Assembly (NCBI GenBank): GCA_965240325.2
Contig: OZ251223.1
Span: forward strand, 806,001 to 870,000
Direction: 5' to 3'
DNA length: 64,000 nt
Source of the DNA: Rebecca billardiae RCC1528
Taxonomy: Eukaryota > Protista > Haptophyta
Notes under the pieces: generated by a model
Seen by the model: only the letters and a program-made list of their open reading frames with translations
What the model was told of the DNA's origin: nothing
Databases searched by the model: none
Position numbers and translations under genes: made by a program
Shown here: piece after piece, positions 34,925-47,149 of the stretch
How positions within the stretch are numbered: the stretch's first letter is position 1
Layout: every line of letters starts with the position of its first letter

Positions 34925-37900
34925 ATGAGGCTCTTCGGCGGTTTCGGTGGCGCTCGGCGCGAGGGCGATGCGAGCTCCCCTCCCTCCTCGGCGCCGTCGA
35001 GCGTGTCGAGCGTGCCGTACGTGTCCGCCGGCCCGCGCCCCGGCCCCGAGGCGGGCGACTGCTCCTCGCTGCGCGTGCTGAACGTCTCGGCCGAGCCAGC
35101 GGCGCAGATGCACCCCAACGTGCCCGCGATGCCGTTCGAGACGCCCCACTTCCGCGGCAAGCTGCTCCTGTTCATCCGGACGCAGCCGCTCGCGCCGTTC
35201 GCGCGCTCGCGCTTCGAGGGGCGCCAGCGCATGTTCGAGGTGCAGATCCAGGGCGAGTTCCTCACGGCGCCGACGTCGACCGTCTACTTTGGCTGCCAGG
35301 TGCCGCAGCAGATGTCGCTCAGCCTGATCGGGCGCTCGCTGTGCGGCGCGATCCTGCGCGTGCTCAAGACGCTCGCGCGCGAGATGCACGTCTCCTTCGG
35401 CAGCGCCGACGGCTCGGAGCGCCCGCACATCTGCTACCCGCTCGCGTCGTCGATGGACAAGCTCGTGGCGACGCCCGCGGGCAAGCCGCCGCCCGAGCTG
35501 GGCGGGGACATCCCCGAGCCGGCGGACGAGGCGGCGGCGCGGAAGCGCGGCAGCTGGGCGCACGGCTCGTTCCAGAAGGGCTACACGTACACCATGTCCT
35601 TCCACTCGGCGTACGTCGACCTGCTCACGTGGGAGGTGGTCAACCTGCCCGGGCTGCCGCGCATGACGCTCACGCAGTTCTGGGAGACGATGCCCTTCCT
35701 CTTCGTCGCGTACGACGTGGCGGCGAGCTCGGGCCGCGCGGCCGAGGGCGTGCATTCGGAGGCCGACCTGCGCCACTACTTCCGCTTCGAGTGCCAGCAC
35801 GCCGCCAACCTGCAGGCCGAGGCGGCCTCGCTCGCGTCGGCGGCGGCCGACGCGTCGACCGCGTCCGCGGCGGGCGGCGCGGCGGCCATGGGCGCGGGCG
35901 GCGCGGGCGGCGACGACTCGCCGTCGGGGCGGGGCCCGTCGCTGCTCGAGATGGTGGGCGCGTCGTCCGCCTCCGCCGTCGCGCTCGCCTCCCCCTCCGC
36001 GAGCGACGCCGACGAGTTCCGCGTGTCCGACCTGCGCGCGGGCGGCGGCCCCGAGTACGAGGACGCGCTCTCGTCGCAGCCGACGTCCGCGCCGCCCAGC
36101 CAGCCCATCTCGCCCAAGACGAGCGCCTCGGCGCCGCCGTTCGCGGCGTGGCTGCTGCCGCGGCGCGCGGACGCGCACGCCGACGGCGGCGCGCAGCGCC
36201 GCCCGCCGCACGGCCCCGCGTGGCTGCGCGCCAACGGGCGCGGCAGCAGCCGCGCCATGCCGCTCGCGGCGCCTTCGGCCGTGCTCGGCGGCGCCAACGC
36301 GCCGCCGCTCAGCATCGGCGCGGCGGCGTGGCTGCGCACGGTGACGGGCGAGATGCTGCTCGTGCTGCTCGTCGACGACAAGCGCCGCGCGCGCAACGCC
36401 GCCGCGGGCAGCGCGAGCAGCGGCAGCGGCAGCGCCTCCGAGCCGCACGGGCTGCGCGCGCGCTCGCGCTCCGCGCCGCGGCCGGGCCGCGCCGAGCCTG
36501 CGCGCACGACGCGGTACGCGCTGCTGCGCACGGAGGCGCAGGTGCGCGCGGCGGTGATGCCGCGCAGGTCGGGCGCGCCGCCGTTCGCCGCGCGCTCGGC
36601 CGCTGACGCCGCGCGCCGCCGCACGAGCGCCTCGCCGCCGCCAGCGGCGGGCGGCGGCGGCCAGCAGCCGATCCCGCCCGCGCCGGCGGGCGCGCCTGCC
36701 GCCGCCGCCGCCGCCGGCGCGGCCGCGTCGTCTGCGGCGGCCGCGGCGGCGGTCGCGGCGGCCGCCGCCTCGTCCGCCGTCGCCGCGTCCGGCGCCGTCG
36801 CCGCCGCGATCGCCGCGGGCGCCGCGGCGGTGCGCTCGGCGCCGCGCGGCGCGCTCGAGGGCGGCGCGCCGCCCTCGAGCGCAGACGCGGCCGAGGCGGC
36901 GCGCGTCTCGGCCGCGATGCTGCCGCACGCGGAGCAGCGGCTCATCCGGCTCGACGCCGCGCTGATGCGCGCGTGTGAGAGCGCGTCGCACGCCGACGAC
37001 GCCGCGCGCGCGGTCGACGTCCACGTCGCTGCGCGCGCCGAGCGCGCCAAGGGCCTGCTGGGCGCGCTGCTCACCGACGCGCCGCCCGCGGCCACGGACG
37101 TGCTCGGCGAGCGGCGCGCGCGCGCGCAGTTCGTGGGCATGGAGCGGCGGCTCACGCTGCCCGGCGGCGAGAAGGGCGGCGGCGGCATCGGCGGCGGCGG
37201 CGGCGGCGGCGCTGGCGGCGGCGGCGGCGGCGGCGGGCCGCTCGTCGGGCAGCTCGCCGCGGCGACGCGCGGCGCAAGCGCGCGCGGCGCGCCGCAGCCG
37301 CCGCAGCCGCCGCCGGCTCCCGCCGCCGCCGGCGCGGCCGTGCTGCTGCAGGGCGCCGTCGCGCGCGCGCACTACGAGGCGTTCTGGGCGGAGGAGTGGG
37401 CGACGCTGACGGGGAGCACGCTCACCTTCGAGCGCCGCGCGCCGACCTTCGACACGTCCGTCGGCCCGGCGGGCGGCGTGGGCGCGTGGCGCTCGCACGC
37501 GCTGCGCATCCCGCTCGGCAGCGTGCTCGGCGTCGCCGCCGAGCCCGCGCCCGAGCTCGAGCCGCTCTTCGCCGGCGTCGCCGTGGAGACGGTGGGCCGC
37601 ACGTACTACTTCTTCTGCAAGGGCGCGCGCGACCGCGACGGCTGGACCCACGCCATCTCGCGCGCGCTCGAGCGCCAGCGCCAGCGCGCCGCCGCCGCCG
37701 CGCGCCGCGCCGGGCCGGGCGGCGCCGTCAGCGTGCGCGGCGCAGACGCTGCTGAGCTGCTGCTGTACGAGGACGGCGGGCCGGGGGCGGCGAGCGCCCC
37801 GCAGCGCACGATGCAGAGCGTGCAGGGCGCGTTCGCGCGGGTCGGCGAGTCGCTGCGCGCCGCGACGGCTGGCGGCGGCGGCGGCGGCGGCGCTGCCGGC

Positions 37901-38425
37901 CCTCCGCACGCGCCGGCCGACGGCGCGGCCGCGGGCGCGGGGCCGCCGCTGGGCGCGCCCTCGCCGCCGCCCTCGCCCGCCGAATCGAGCGCGCACGCGG
38001 CTGCGAGCGCTGCGGCGGGCGGCGGGATGGCGGGCCTGGGCCTCGGCGGCCTTGTCGGCGGCGTGCGCGCGCGCCTCGCGGCGGTCGGCGCGGGGGGCGC
38101 AACGCCGGGCGCGTCGGGCGCCGAGGCGGGCGCCGTGTCGCTCGGCGCGGCGTCGCTCGCGCGCAGCTCCGAGGCGGGCGCGGACGGCGTGCCCGCGCCC
38201 CGAGCAGGCGCGGACGGCGGTGAGGCGGAGGAGGCGGCCGATCGCGAGGGCGCCGTGCACGACGTGGCCTCCGCCTTCGCCCTGAGCGCGCGGCCGTGGG
38301 CGCGCGCCTCGGGCCGGCTCGTGCTCAACCAGAAGTGCATGTACTGGCAGCCCGCGGACGCGCTCGCGCGCGCGCTCACGCCGCCGCGCTGGGCGGACGG
38401 GGGCGGCGGCGGCGGCGGCGGCGGC

Positions 38426-38467
<42 letters not shown>

Positions 38468-39653
38468 ATGGCGCTACCCGCCGCCGTGCACCTGCCCGCG
38501 CACATCCAGGCGTACGTCTCGCTGCCCGAGCTCTCGGCCCGGCTGCTCGAGTGCGTGCTCGAGCTGACCGCCGAGTCGGCGCGCGCCGAGCTGGCCGCGC
38601 TGTGCACCGCCGCGAGCCTGCTGCGGCTGTGCGTGGCGGAGGACAGCGTGCAGGCGCGGCACGGCGTGGACACGCGCGCCGCCGGCCTCGCGTGCTGGCT
38701 CAACCTGTACCACACGCTCGTCGCGCACGCGCTGCTCACCTTCGGCCCGCCGCGCGGCCCGCGCCACTTCAACGCGCTGCACCGCACGGCGTGCTACGCG
38801 CTCGCGGACGGTACCTTCTCGCCCGCCGACGTCGAGCACTGCGTGCTGCGCGCGCGGCTGTCCAAGCCGCGCGTGGGCTGGCTGCTGCAGCAGCTCATCG
38901 CCGCGGGCCACTCGCCGCTCACCCCCAGCCTCAGCGCGATCGGCGGCACTGACGCCGTGCGCGCGGACGTGCGCATCAACTTTGCGCTGTGCTCAGGCGA
39001 GTGCGCACGCGCTACTGCCACGCGCGCACGCGGCCGCGGCGCGGCGCACGCCGGGCGGAGGCGCGCGCTTGCCCGCTGCCTCTCACACACCTCGCGCCGC
39101 GCGCGCGCGCCCCGTCCTCCGCAGGCTCGCGCGCGTGCCTCGACAGCGTGCCCGTCTACACGGCGGAGCGGCTGGAGGCGCAGCTGTCCGCATACGTCGG
39201 CCAGTACCTCGACACATTTGTGCATGTGCGCGCACGCTCGCGCGCGCTCGCGCGTGCGCGCGTGGCCGGCGTGCGCGCGCTCCTCCGCCTCGCGCCGCGT
39301 GCCCGACGCGCGAGGCCCGCCCCGCGCGGATGCGCGCGCGCGCGGCGCAGGTGGACGCCGCGCGCGCGACGGTGACGCTCCCCAAGATGGTCGAATGGTA
39401 CGCGCACGACTTTGGTCCCTCCGGCAGCCCCTCCGAGTGTCTGCGCGCCATCTCCGCGCTGCTGCCCGCCTCCAGCTCGTGCCGCGCGGAGCTCGAGGCG
39501 CTGCTGCGCAAGACGCGCAAGCCGGCGGTGCGCTTCGCGGCGTACAACTGGGCGTGCCACAACCGGCTGCGCAGATGGCTGCCGAGCAGCGGAGACGACC
39601 TCGCTGGCCCGAGTGCGACAGGGAAGCAGGCCGGCTCAGGCGCGCGCGTGTGA
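34925..39653 (+). CDS. DUF1769 + PH + DUF547 multidomain protein (introns 38997-39124 GC-AG, 39226-39350)
   Basis: N-terminal FETPHFRGKLLLFIR..FEGRQRMFEVQIQGEF..YTMSFHSAYVDLLTW (DUF1769-like); PH-like WAEEWATL..TYYFFCKGARDRDGWTHAI; C-terminal WLNLYHTL..DVEHCVLRA..RINFALCSGSRAC..VYT..LPKMVEWYAHDFG (DUF547). Confidence 0.8.
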
Positions 39654-39946
39654 TGGACGCGACGACTCCGGTCTCCGCTGGCCGCTGCTTGCTCCGGGCG
39701 CCGAATCTGACAGTGATGATGATAGTATCAGCAATGCACTGTCTCACTTCATCATCGTAGTCATCAATCATCAGTGAGTACATTCGAGTACATGGCCACA
39801 TGTGACTGACTTATGCGCTGATCACGGTGGACGGTCCCGCCGGGCGCCCTCCAACACAGCGTTTCGTCGTCCGAGCATGCGGCAAGGACTGGTCCGGCAA
39901 CGGCAACGATGGCCGCGGCGTCCATCGCGTGCGTGATGTGTGCGCG

Positions 39947-41428
39947 ATGAGATTGATGCGCCTCGATGATGGAAGGATGGCCGCGGTAGGCGATGACGAT
40001 GGAAGGCTAGCCGCGGTAGGCGATGATGCGCTGCCATGGTGCATCGCCATGAGCGAAAGCCGCCCAGACAACGCCACTTCCGCCTTCTGGTCGGCGGCCG
40101 CGGACATCAATCGCGCGTTCGCCGCAGCGCACGGGTACGGCTTCTACCGCGCCCATCTGCCGTCGGGAGCGCGCGAGCCAAGCTGCGTGCACCCGGCGCA
40201 CGGCGTGCGCGCGGCAGCGTGGTGCAAGCTCGCAGTCGTCCTGCGCCTCCTGCTGCTCGGGGTGCGCGGTCGGCCGTGTGCGCACGTGATGTATCTCGAC
40301 AGCGACGCCTTCTTCCTCAACGTCTCGATGAATATCGACGAGTACCTATCCCGAGCCCGGGACGTGGGTGACGAGGCGGTTCAAGACGACCGTTGGCAGC
40401 TGATGCTGGCATCCGATGCCCCGCATCACCCGGCGGGCCCGTGCACGGGCGTGTTCTGGGTGAAGAACACCCCAGACGGCTGCGGCCTCGTGCGCTCGTG
40501 GTGGGACTGGCCCGTGCCGGCCGAGCGCGCGCGCACGCTGAAGAAGCCGTGGGACCAGGGCGCCGCCGTGAGCTTCTACGTCGCCTCGCGGCCGTTCGGA
40601 GACCGCGTGCGCGTGCTCTTCACGGGGCAGTTCTTCCACTTCGCCTTGCACCGCGGCGCACCGGCTGACCCATTCGTAGTGCACGTCATGACGCGCCGAG
40701 CGCACGAGGCCCCGGTTGGCCTGGCCACGCTCATGCGTGCGGTCCTCGCTGCAGCGCGAGCTGCGCGCACGTCGGGCACGACCGGCACGGCCCCGCCAGC
40801 GGCAGTCGAGGAGAGCTTTCGGGCATCCTCGCTCGTGCCGCTGCTCACGCGCCTCGGCGCGCGGGGAGCGTGCACTCCAGCACCACGCGGCGTGGACTCA
40901 TTCGGTCGCCGGCTCCCTCGCAGCACCACGGAGGGCACATCAGGCGCACCGCTGCTGCCCCTGCACACGAATCTGGACGGCACGCCGCACGCACGCCGCG
41001 CTGAGCTCGCGAAACGGAGAGGAGGGGCGTCGGGAGATGCGGAGGGCTGGCGCGCCGCTGGCCTGCAGCTGCTGCAGCCTCTCCTCGGCCGCCCTCCGCG
41101 CACGCCACCGGCTGCGGTCGTGTCGCTCAGGCAACCGGTTGCTGCTGCGCGCCGCTGCTGGAAGGCGCGCGGACGGCGCAACGAATCACAGCGCTGGGCG
41201 TGCTGGGATCGTTGGTGGGACGATGTTGCCCGTCGTCTGGGCACAGCCGAGCGCGAGAGGGGTGCCAGCATGCCGGCTGTAGCAAGCAACACCACGCGCC
41301 CAGCCACGAACATCAAGGTCCAGGACCCGGCGCCGCGCTGCCTCGCTCGAGATGGGCGGGGCCCGCCGGCGCAGACACTGTGGTGCCGCCTCGTGCATCC
41401 GGAGCAGCTGCCGCTTCGCTGGCGATAG
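39947..41428 (+). CDS. GT34 (GMA12/MNN10)-like glycosyltransferase
   Basis: NRAFAAAHGY, WCKL, YLDSDA (DxD), TGVFWVKN and WDQGA motifs; start codon uncertain. Confidence 0.75.
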   Translation: MRLMRLDDGRMAAVGDDDGRLAAVGDDALPWCIAMSESRPDNATSAFWSAAADINRAFAAAHGYGFYRAHLPSGAREPSCVHPAHGVRAAAWCKLAVVLRLLLLGVRGRPCAHVMYLDSDAFFLNVSMNIDEYLSRARDVGDEAVQDDRWQLMLASDAPHHPAGPCTGVFWVKNTPDGCGLVRSWWDWPVPAERARTLKKPWDQGAAVSFYVASRPFGDRVRVLFTGQFFHFALHRGAPADPFVVHVMTRRAHEAPVGLATLMRAVLAAARAARTSGTTGTAPPAAVEESFRASSLVPLLTRLGARGACTPAPRGVDSFGRRLPRSTTEGTSGAPLLPLHTNLDGTPHARRAELAKRRGGASGDAEGWRAAGLQLLQPLLGRPPRTPPAAVVSLRQPVAAARRCWKARGRRNESQRWACWDRWWDDVARRLGTAERERGASMPAVASNTTRPATNIKVQDPAPRCLARDGRGPPAQTLWCRLVHPEQLPLRWR

Positions 41429-41595
41429 CACCGCGTTCTGGCGTCGCGAGTTCAGAACTACGGGTACGCTGCTCGTCAATAATAAATAATAATTGCTGGC
41501 TCATCATCCGTCGTGACTCCGATGACGTCATCGGCGGATGATGACGAATAGTAGTGACGACGATGCATATGATGATGATATGCCGATATGATTAA

Positions 41596-43576
41596 ACTTT
41601 TCTGAGGATAGCGCACCAGCAATTTCCCTTGACCGCCATCCGGATTTTACGGAGGCCGCGTTCAGACGGCGAAACGCGCGATGGAGTGGCCCGTCGTCGC
41701 ACGACCGCTCTCGCGAGATCGCGACCGTGCGACCTGCGCCGCGGCGCTCGACGCGCTCTTTCTGCTCGGAGGCCGCGAGGACTCCCAGGTGCGCCAGCTC
41801 GCGAGCGCGCACCTTCCTCCTCGCTGCGCTCGTCGCGCACGAGCCGATCTGCAGCAGATGTGCAAGGAGCCGCATTGACCGTGCTCGCGCGCGCGCGGCA
41901 CGGGCGACACAAAATTTGTTTGCCGTGACCTTTGCGCGCGCATTCCATTCTTTGATGGTAGTACCCTTGAGCCCCGGACTAGGTCACGGCAAACGCTTTC
42001 GCTCGTTGGCGCTGCGCGCGCGCGCACAGGAGCACTGCAAAGGCAGTGCACAGGCAGATGCAGTGAGCATTTCTGCTCCTGGGCGGCCTCCATGACCTCG
42101 AGCGTGGTGACGAGCGCGTCGGTGACCACCGCGCGGTCAACCTTGGTGGCGCCGGACAGTCCGGCCGACCCTCGCCGGACTCCACCCTTGCTGCGCGCTG
42201 ACTGTTTGCCGGTCGTGCAGCTGCGCCGCCAGCCGCTCGGCGCGAGCGGCGAGCGGCCACATGGTGACACAAGATGGTCGAAGGCGTGGCAGCGCGGTGG
42301 TGCGTGCGATCGGGGGACCCCACCTGAGCTACGACACGGGCGCGCGCGCTCGTCCGTGCTCATCACGGTGGTGGACGCGCGCGTCACGCGCTCGTCGGCT
42401 GTCGCGCGCTGACCGTTGGGCTGCTTTTTGGTGTCTGCGGCGGCCACAGCTCGCCGGTACGGGCCCTATGGTGGCAGCGAGTGGTACGCGGCGTTGTACT
42501 AGGTCCATGTGCGTCACGCACGACGCTCGGGCGGCTCGCCCTCGGACCATTGGCTGAGCCCTACTCGACGCGCGCACTGCGCGCGGGAGCCGCTCGACAG
42601 CTGCTCCGGGCGCGAAGCGCGCCCCGCGCGCTGCACGTGGGCGCGACGAGGTGGTGCGGCGAGCGTGCGCGAGTGTGTGCGCGTGATGGGCACCCCCATT
42701 GCGCGACTTGCCATGCACATCTGCCTCTCGCCACGCCTTCGACACGATAGCTGCGACTGCTGCTCGGAGGTGCGCTCGAGCGCTCGCACGCGTTTGAATC
42801 TGGGCTCGGCGGCGACCGCGTGGGCGAGGGGCAGCGCGGTGCACGGTGGCGGAGCGCGTGCGGAGCGCAGCCTACGCCTCCTACACGCTCCATCCAGACA
42901 CATCGCGCATGCTCGCGCGACCTCCTCGGTCCATCACGCGCGCGTGCGCGCGCAAGCAGGTGTGCATCCGCCGGGCTCGAGCACGGCGCGCCGCGTTGGC
43001 GCGCGCGCACCGATACCCGTGCGCAGCTCGACGAGCGAGCGCGGTGTGTTTCGATGCGTATGGGGAGGCTCGAATTTACGCGCGCGCACGCGCCGGCCCT
43101 CGCCGCCCCTTCGCTTGCCCACGCTTCATCTGCGCGCTGGGCGTTTGCACGCAGCTGCTCATCCTTTCCAACACGTGCACAAACGAGCAGATGGCGCTGA
43201 GCGAGGTCGATTGGTGCGTCAGATATTCGGCAACGACCAGCCCCGCTCGTGTGCCGCCGCTCGTGCTACTCTTGACGACCACCTCTGGCTCGGTCGCGCG
43301 CACGAGGCTGCTCGCGGGCCGAATCGTGCCGTGTACCGTCAAGCTGTACCGTGCGCAGCGAGGCGCACTCAGACGTCGGCGTGGGCTCGCATGCGAGGGC
43401 CCAGCGGTGCGACTCGGCGATGGAGCATGCTCCGGATACGCTTTGGCGCACTTCCCGACGCGCACGAGCCGCTCGAAGGCGCGGAAGGGCGCCCAAACGG
43501 GGCATCCGCCATTTTGCGCCACTTCGGCCCGGATGGCGGTCAAGGGAAATTGCTGGTGCGCTATCCTCAGAAAAGT
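41596..43576. mobile_element. Non-autonomous DNA transposon with 48-bp perfect TIRs and TTAA target-site duplication
   Basis: acttttctgaggatagcgcaccagcaatttcccttgaccgccatccgg (41596-41643) is inverted at 43529-43576; TTAA at 41592-41595 and 43577-43580. Confidence 0.9.
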
Positions 43577-44029
43577 TTAATCAACAGCAACTGGGCACGG
43601 ACCTGCGACGAGGCATGCCGCCTTTCCCCACGCGCCCTTCAGGTTGTCCCGGCTCAGCCGGTCGCTTCGGCGGCCGACGGGCCCTCGGCCGGCTCCCCCT
43701 TCCCGGGGACTCGGTGGGGCACCGCCAGGAGTGTCTCGCGGCGGGCGGGCCGAGCGCGCGGGTCGCCAGCTGACCCCGCGACGTTCGATTCGACTGCTCT
43801 GCGCTGGCACGTGCACGCGGAGATCAACCACACGCAGCGGGTCCGGGATAGGCACTGGCACCCTCTTTCTCCAGCCGGCCGCCGGCTGCATCGCCTCGGG
43901 GGGCGATGCAGCAGGTGGACGCCGCTGCACCCATCTGGCCCTTGGCGCTGGCCTCCTCCGTGCCCTTCGCTCCACCCTAGGTGGAGCAGGGGGTGCGGGG
44001 TGTGACGCGCCCAGGGGCCAGGTTCCCCA

Positions 44030-44527
44030 GCATCAAGCACTGCATCTGCAGCAGCCCGCCGGCGGGCTGGGCTGCGACATCGACTACCACCTCATCTGCT
44101 TCATCGCCCAGAGCGCGCTAGGCGGCGCGCTCACTCTCCAAGCCCCTCTTCTGCAGCTGCGCGCCGCTTGGCCGGCGCGCGGCGACGCGTACTACGACCT
44201 CATCCTCATCCAGGCGCCCACGCGGGCGCACGGGGGCGACAGCCGCGGCTGCCGCTTGCCGGAGCTGCTCGCCGCTAGGTCGGCGGGCGGCGACATCGAC
44301 TACGACCTCACCCTCATCCAAGTGCTCCGGAAGGCGCTCGGCCGCGGCGGCATCTGCCGTCGCCGCCGCGTGCCCCAGGCCGAGGCGGTGCTCCATCCCG
44401 GCCCCGCTCCCGTAGGGGGGCAGGGCTGCGGGTGGCGCACTGTCTGACCTGGACGGAAGGCGCGGACGCATTCTATGTGTCTGTTGCACTCTGAGCCTGA
44501 CGCTTGTCCGATGCTGCCACGTCGTTA
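44030..44527 (+). mobile_element. Family X non-LTR/SINE-like element, longer copy (5' boundary uncertain, may extend to ~43584)
   Basis: 44124-44527 matches 13058-13470; ends ccacgtcgtta followed by aatatatat; internal thrice-repeated gcgac..ctac[c/g]acctca motif. Confidence 0.75.
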
Positions 44528-45022
44528 AATATATATGCGATGCAGTACCGCTTATAACTTTAAGCGGCGTGCGCGCGAAGAGACTGTCAAAGAGTACCGG
44601 CCATACGACGTGCCCCATACGAGTGTTCGGTGCCCGATTTATATAATATATTTATAAAGTTGGGCGGGCGGCCATGCCTCAGATCAGACGGGCGCGCAGA
44701 TGCCCATCAGCCCGCCGCCGCCGCCAGAGTCGCCAAGCCCAAGTCCGCAAGACCAAGTCGCCGACGTCGGACGTGGCCCGGCGTCATCCCTCATCAGACA
44801 CATGCAGTCAAGTCTGACACGTGTAACTGTCACCGTGGACAGTCGGCCGGGCCGGCGACCGGCCGTCGCCAGATGGTACGTGTTCGTGCCGCGCGCGCAT
44901 GACGTCGAGTTCGTCTGCATCGCCAAGTCGGCGTCAAGTGCCCCGCAGCCTCTGACAGCGCCATGCTGATCAATCAGGGCAGGGCCATCCAGCGGGCTGC
45001 GCTGTGCCGCACGCGTGCGGGC

Positions 45023-45982
45023 TCAGACGCGGAGGTCGTGCACCAGTGTGCGCGTGTCGACCTCCGCATCGAGTACGCGCACGCCGCGCAGCACCTCGAC
45101 AACGTGTCGAAGCATCTCGTCGCTCATGCCGAGCTCGCAGCTCCACTCCGTCGCGTCGAACCACGCGCGCGCATCGTCGGGCTTGATGCCGTACTTGTCC
45201 GTGACGCGCCGCACGGATGCATCGCCCGCCGCCTTGAAGGCGCGGGCGCAGGCGCGCACACGCTCGAGCAGCACGCGCACCTCGGCCGGGTGCGCCGCGA
45301 GGGCGCTCGAGCGCACAGCCACGGCGAAGCACGGCCACGGCGTCGTGCACACGCCCACACACCGCCACTCGCCGCTGTACACGAGCGGCTTGGTGGTGAA
45401 CTCCTCCCACATGAACGCGTCGATTGTGCCGCCCTTGAACGCGGCGCGCGCGTTGTCAAGCTTGCCGACGACCTCGAACGCCATGGCGCGCACGTCCCAG
45501 CCACGCTGCTGCGCGAGCACGTACGCCATCAGGTGACTCCCCGAGCCCGGGCGAGAGATGCCAAAGCGCTTGCCCCTCAGGTCGTCGATTGTCTGCAGGC
45601 TCGAGCCGGCAGCGACGTGCACGCCCCAGCGGAGCGGCGACTGAACGTACTGCGCAACGAGGCGTGAGGGGTTGCCCTTCGCAAGGTCGGCGACAAGGCC
45701 CTCCGTCAGCGCGATCGCGACGTCGAGCGTCCCCTCGCGCAAGCCCTTGGTCATCTCGCCTGTGCCACCCGGCTGATCGAACCACTCGACGCGCACGCCT
45801 GCCTTCGCCAGCCCAGGGATCGCGTCGTGGAACGGCAGGTTGAAGTGCTCAGGCACGCCACCAACGCGAAGGGTCACCTGATCTGGGCCGACCTGCTTCC
45901 GAAGCCGGAGGTAGACCGCGACGGCGACGGCACCCAGGCCGAGCGCAGCGTGCGCGACCGGCAGTGCGGATGACGACGTCAT
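45023..45982 (-). CDS. Ca3427/NMT1-THI5-like type 2 periplasmic-binding-fold protein with N-terminal membrane anchor (319 aa, intronless)
   Basis: LRVGGVPEHFNLP, PGGTGEM, LDVAIALTEG, YVQSPLRWGVHV, ISRPGSGSHLM, AFMWEEFTTKP and TPWPCF motifs; hydrophobic AALGLGAVAVAVYL N-terminus. Confidence 0.85.
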   Translation of the reverse strand: MTSSSALPVAHAALGLGAVAVAVYLRLRKQVGPDQVTLRVGGVPEHFNLPFHDAIPGLAKAGVRVEWFDQPGGTGEMTKGLREGTLDVAIALTEGLVADLAKGNPSRLVAQYVQSPLRWGVHVAAGSSLQTIDDLRGKRFGISRPGSGSHLMAYVLAQQRGWDVRAMAFEVVGKLDNARAAFKGGTIDAFMWEEFTTKPLVYSGEWRCVGVCTTPWPCFAVAVRSSALAAHPAEVRVLLERVRACARAFKAAGDASVRRVTDKYGIKPDDARAWFDATEWSCELGMSDEMLRHVVEVLRGVRVLDAEVDTRTLVHDLRV

Positions 45983-46020
45983 CGCACGGATTTTCCGATT
46001 TTGCTCCGACGAAACTCCAC

Positions 46021-47149
46021 CAAGGGCGGTAAGGGCTGTCAACTCCCAGTGGCGCCGAGTGGCGGAGGTTGGGGGCCCCTCAACTCGTGCGGCCGCGTGG
46101 CGCAGCGGCGAAGTCTCCTGGGGCGCCGCCCTGGAGGGCGCGTGGGGTGCGCACGCCGCGGGCTCCTGCGCCCGCGGCAGCGGCCGCGGACACGGCGCGC
46201 GTGGTTGGTCGCATGCTAGACAGCATGTAGTACCCTCCCACGCCGCGCGCCGCGCTCGCCGGTGCCCTCGCCGTGCCTCAGGCCAGCCGTGCACGCGCGC
46301 CGCACCAATGGCCAGCCGTGGCCACGCGCCAGCCGCCGGCGCGCGCGCGGTGCGCGGTGCGGTCGGCGCGGGTCGGGCGCGCGCCCGGGGCGAGGCTCAC
46401 GTGTGGTGGGCGCGCGCCATGCCGCCTCGCGCCGCCGCACACGAGCTTGATCACGTTCCACGCGGCTGCTGAAGGGTGCTCGTCGAGCATTCCTCGGCCA
46501 TCAGAAATGAGCTTGGACAAGCGGCTGTGAGCGCATCAGTGCGAGGAACGCGAGCACTTGGGGGCTCGCGTGCCTTATTAGGAGGCTAGTCGTGCACATA
46601 TCAGTGGTCTGCGCTTGTCTATCACGCGTCGCTGCCTTCCCATGATCGTCTCAACATGAGCATTTTCAAACATGGCAATGCACACTCGACAGCATGATAA
46701 CGCGTGCGCGCCGACCCATGCGGGCGCCAGCGCGGCGGCGCGAGGCGGCATGGCGCGCGCCCACCACACGTGAGCCTCGCCCCGGGCGCGCGCCCGACCC
46801 GCGCCGACCGCACCGCGCACCGCGCGCGCGCCGGCGGCTGGCGCGTGGCCACGGCTGGCCATTGGTGCGGCGCGCGTGCGCGGCTGGCCTGAGGCACGGC
46901 GAGGGCACCGGCGAGCGCGGCGCGCGGCGTGGGAGGGTACTACATGCTGTCTAGCATGCGACCAACCACGCGCGCCGTGTCCGCGGCCGCTGCCGCGGGC
47001 GCAGGAGCCCGCGGCGTGCGCACCCCACGCGCCCTCCAGGGCGGCGCCCCAGGAGACTTCGCCGCTGCGCCACGCGGCCGCACGAGTTGAGGGGCCCCCA
47101 ACCTCCGCCACTCGGCGCCACTGGGAGTTGACAGCCCTTACCGCCCTTG
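46021..47149. mobile_element. Foldback element with ~418-bp near-perfect TIRs and a ~290-bp spacer
   Basis: 46021-46438 is the reverse complement of ~46732-47149 (the same peptides appear on opposite strands in the ORF track). Termini CAAGGG...CCCTTG; ctcca flanks both sides, offset by 1 nt on the left. Confidence 0.9.

Noticed and set aside
34754-38260. 1168-aa minus-strand ORF
   Set aside because: Antisense shadow of the DUF1769/DUF547 gene
43775-43795. B-box-like GTTCGATTC suggesting a tRNA-derived SINE head for family X
   Set aside because: No convincing A-box or cloverleaf, and the element's 5' boundary is unknown
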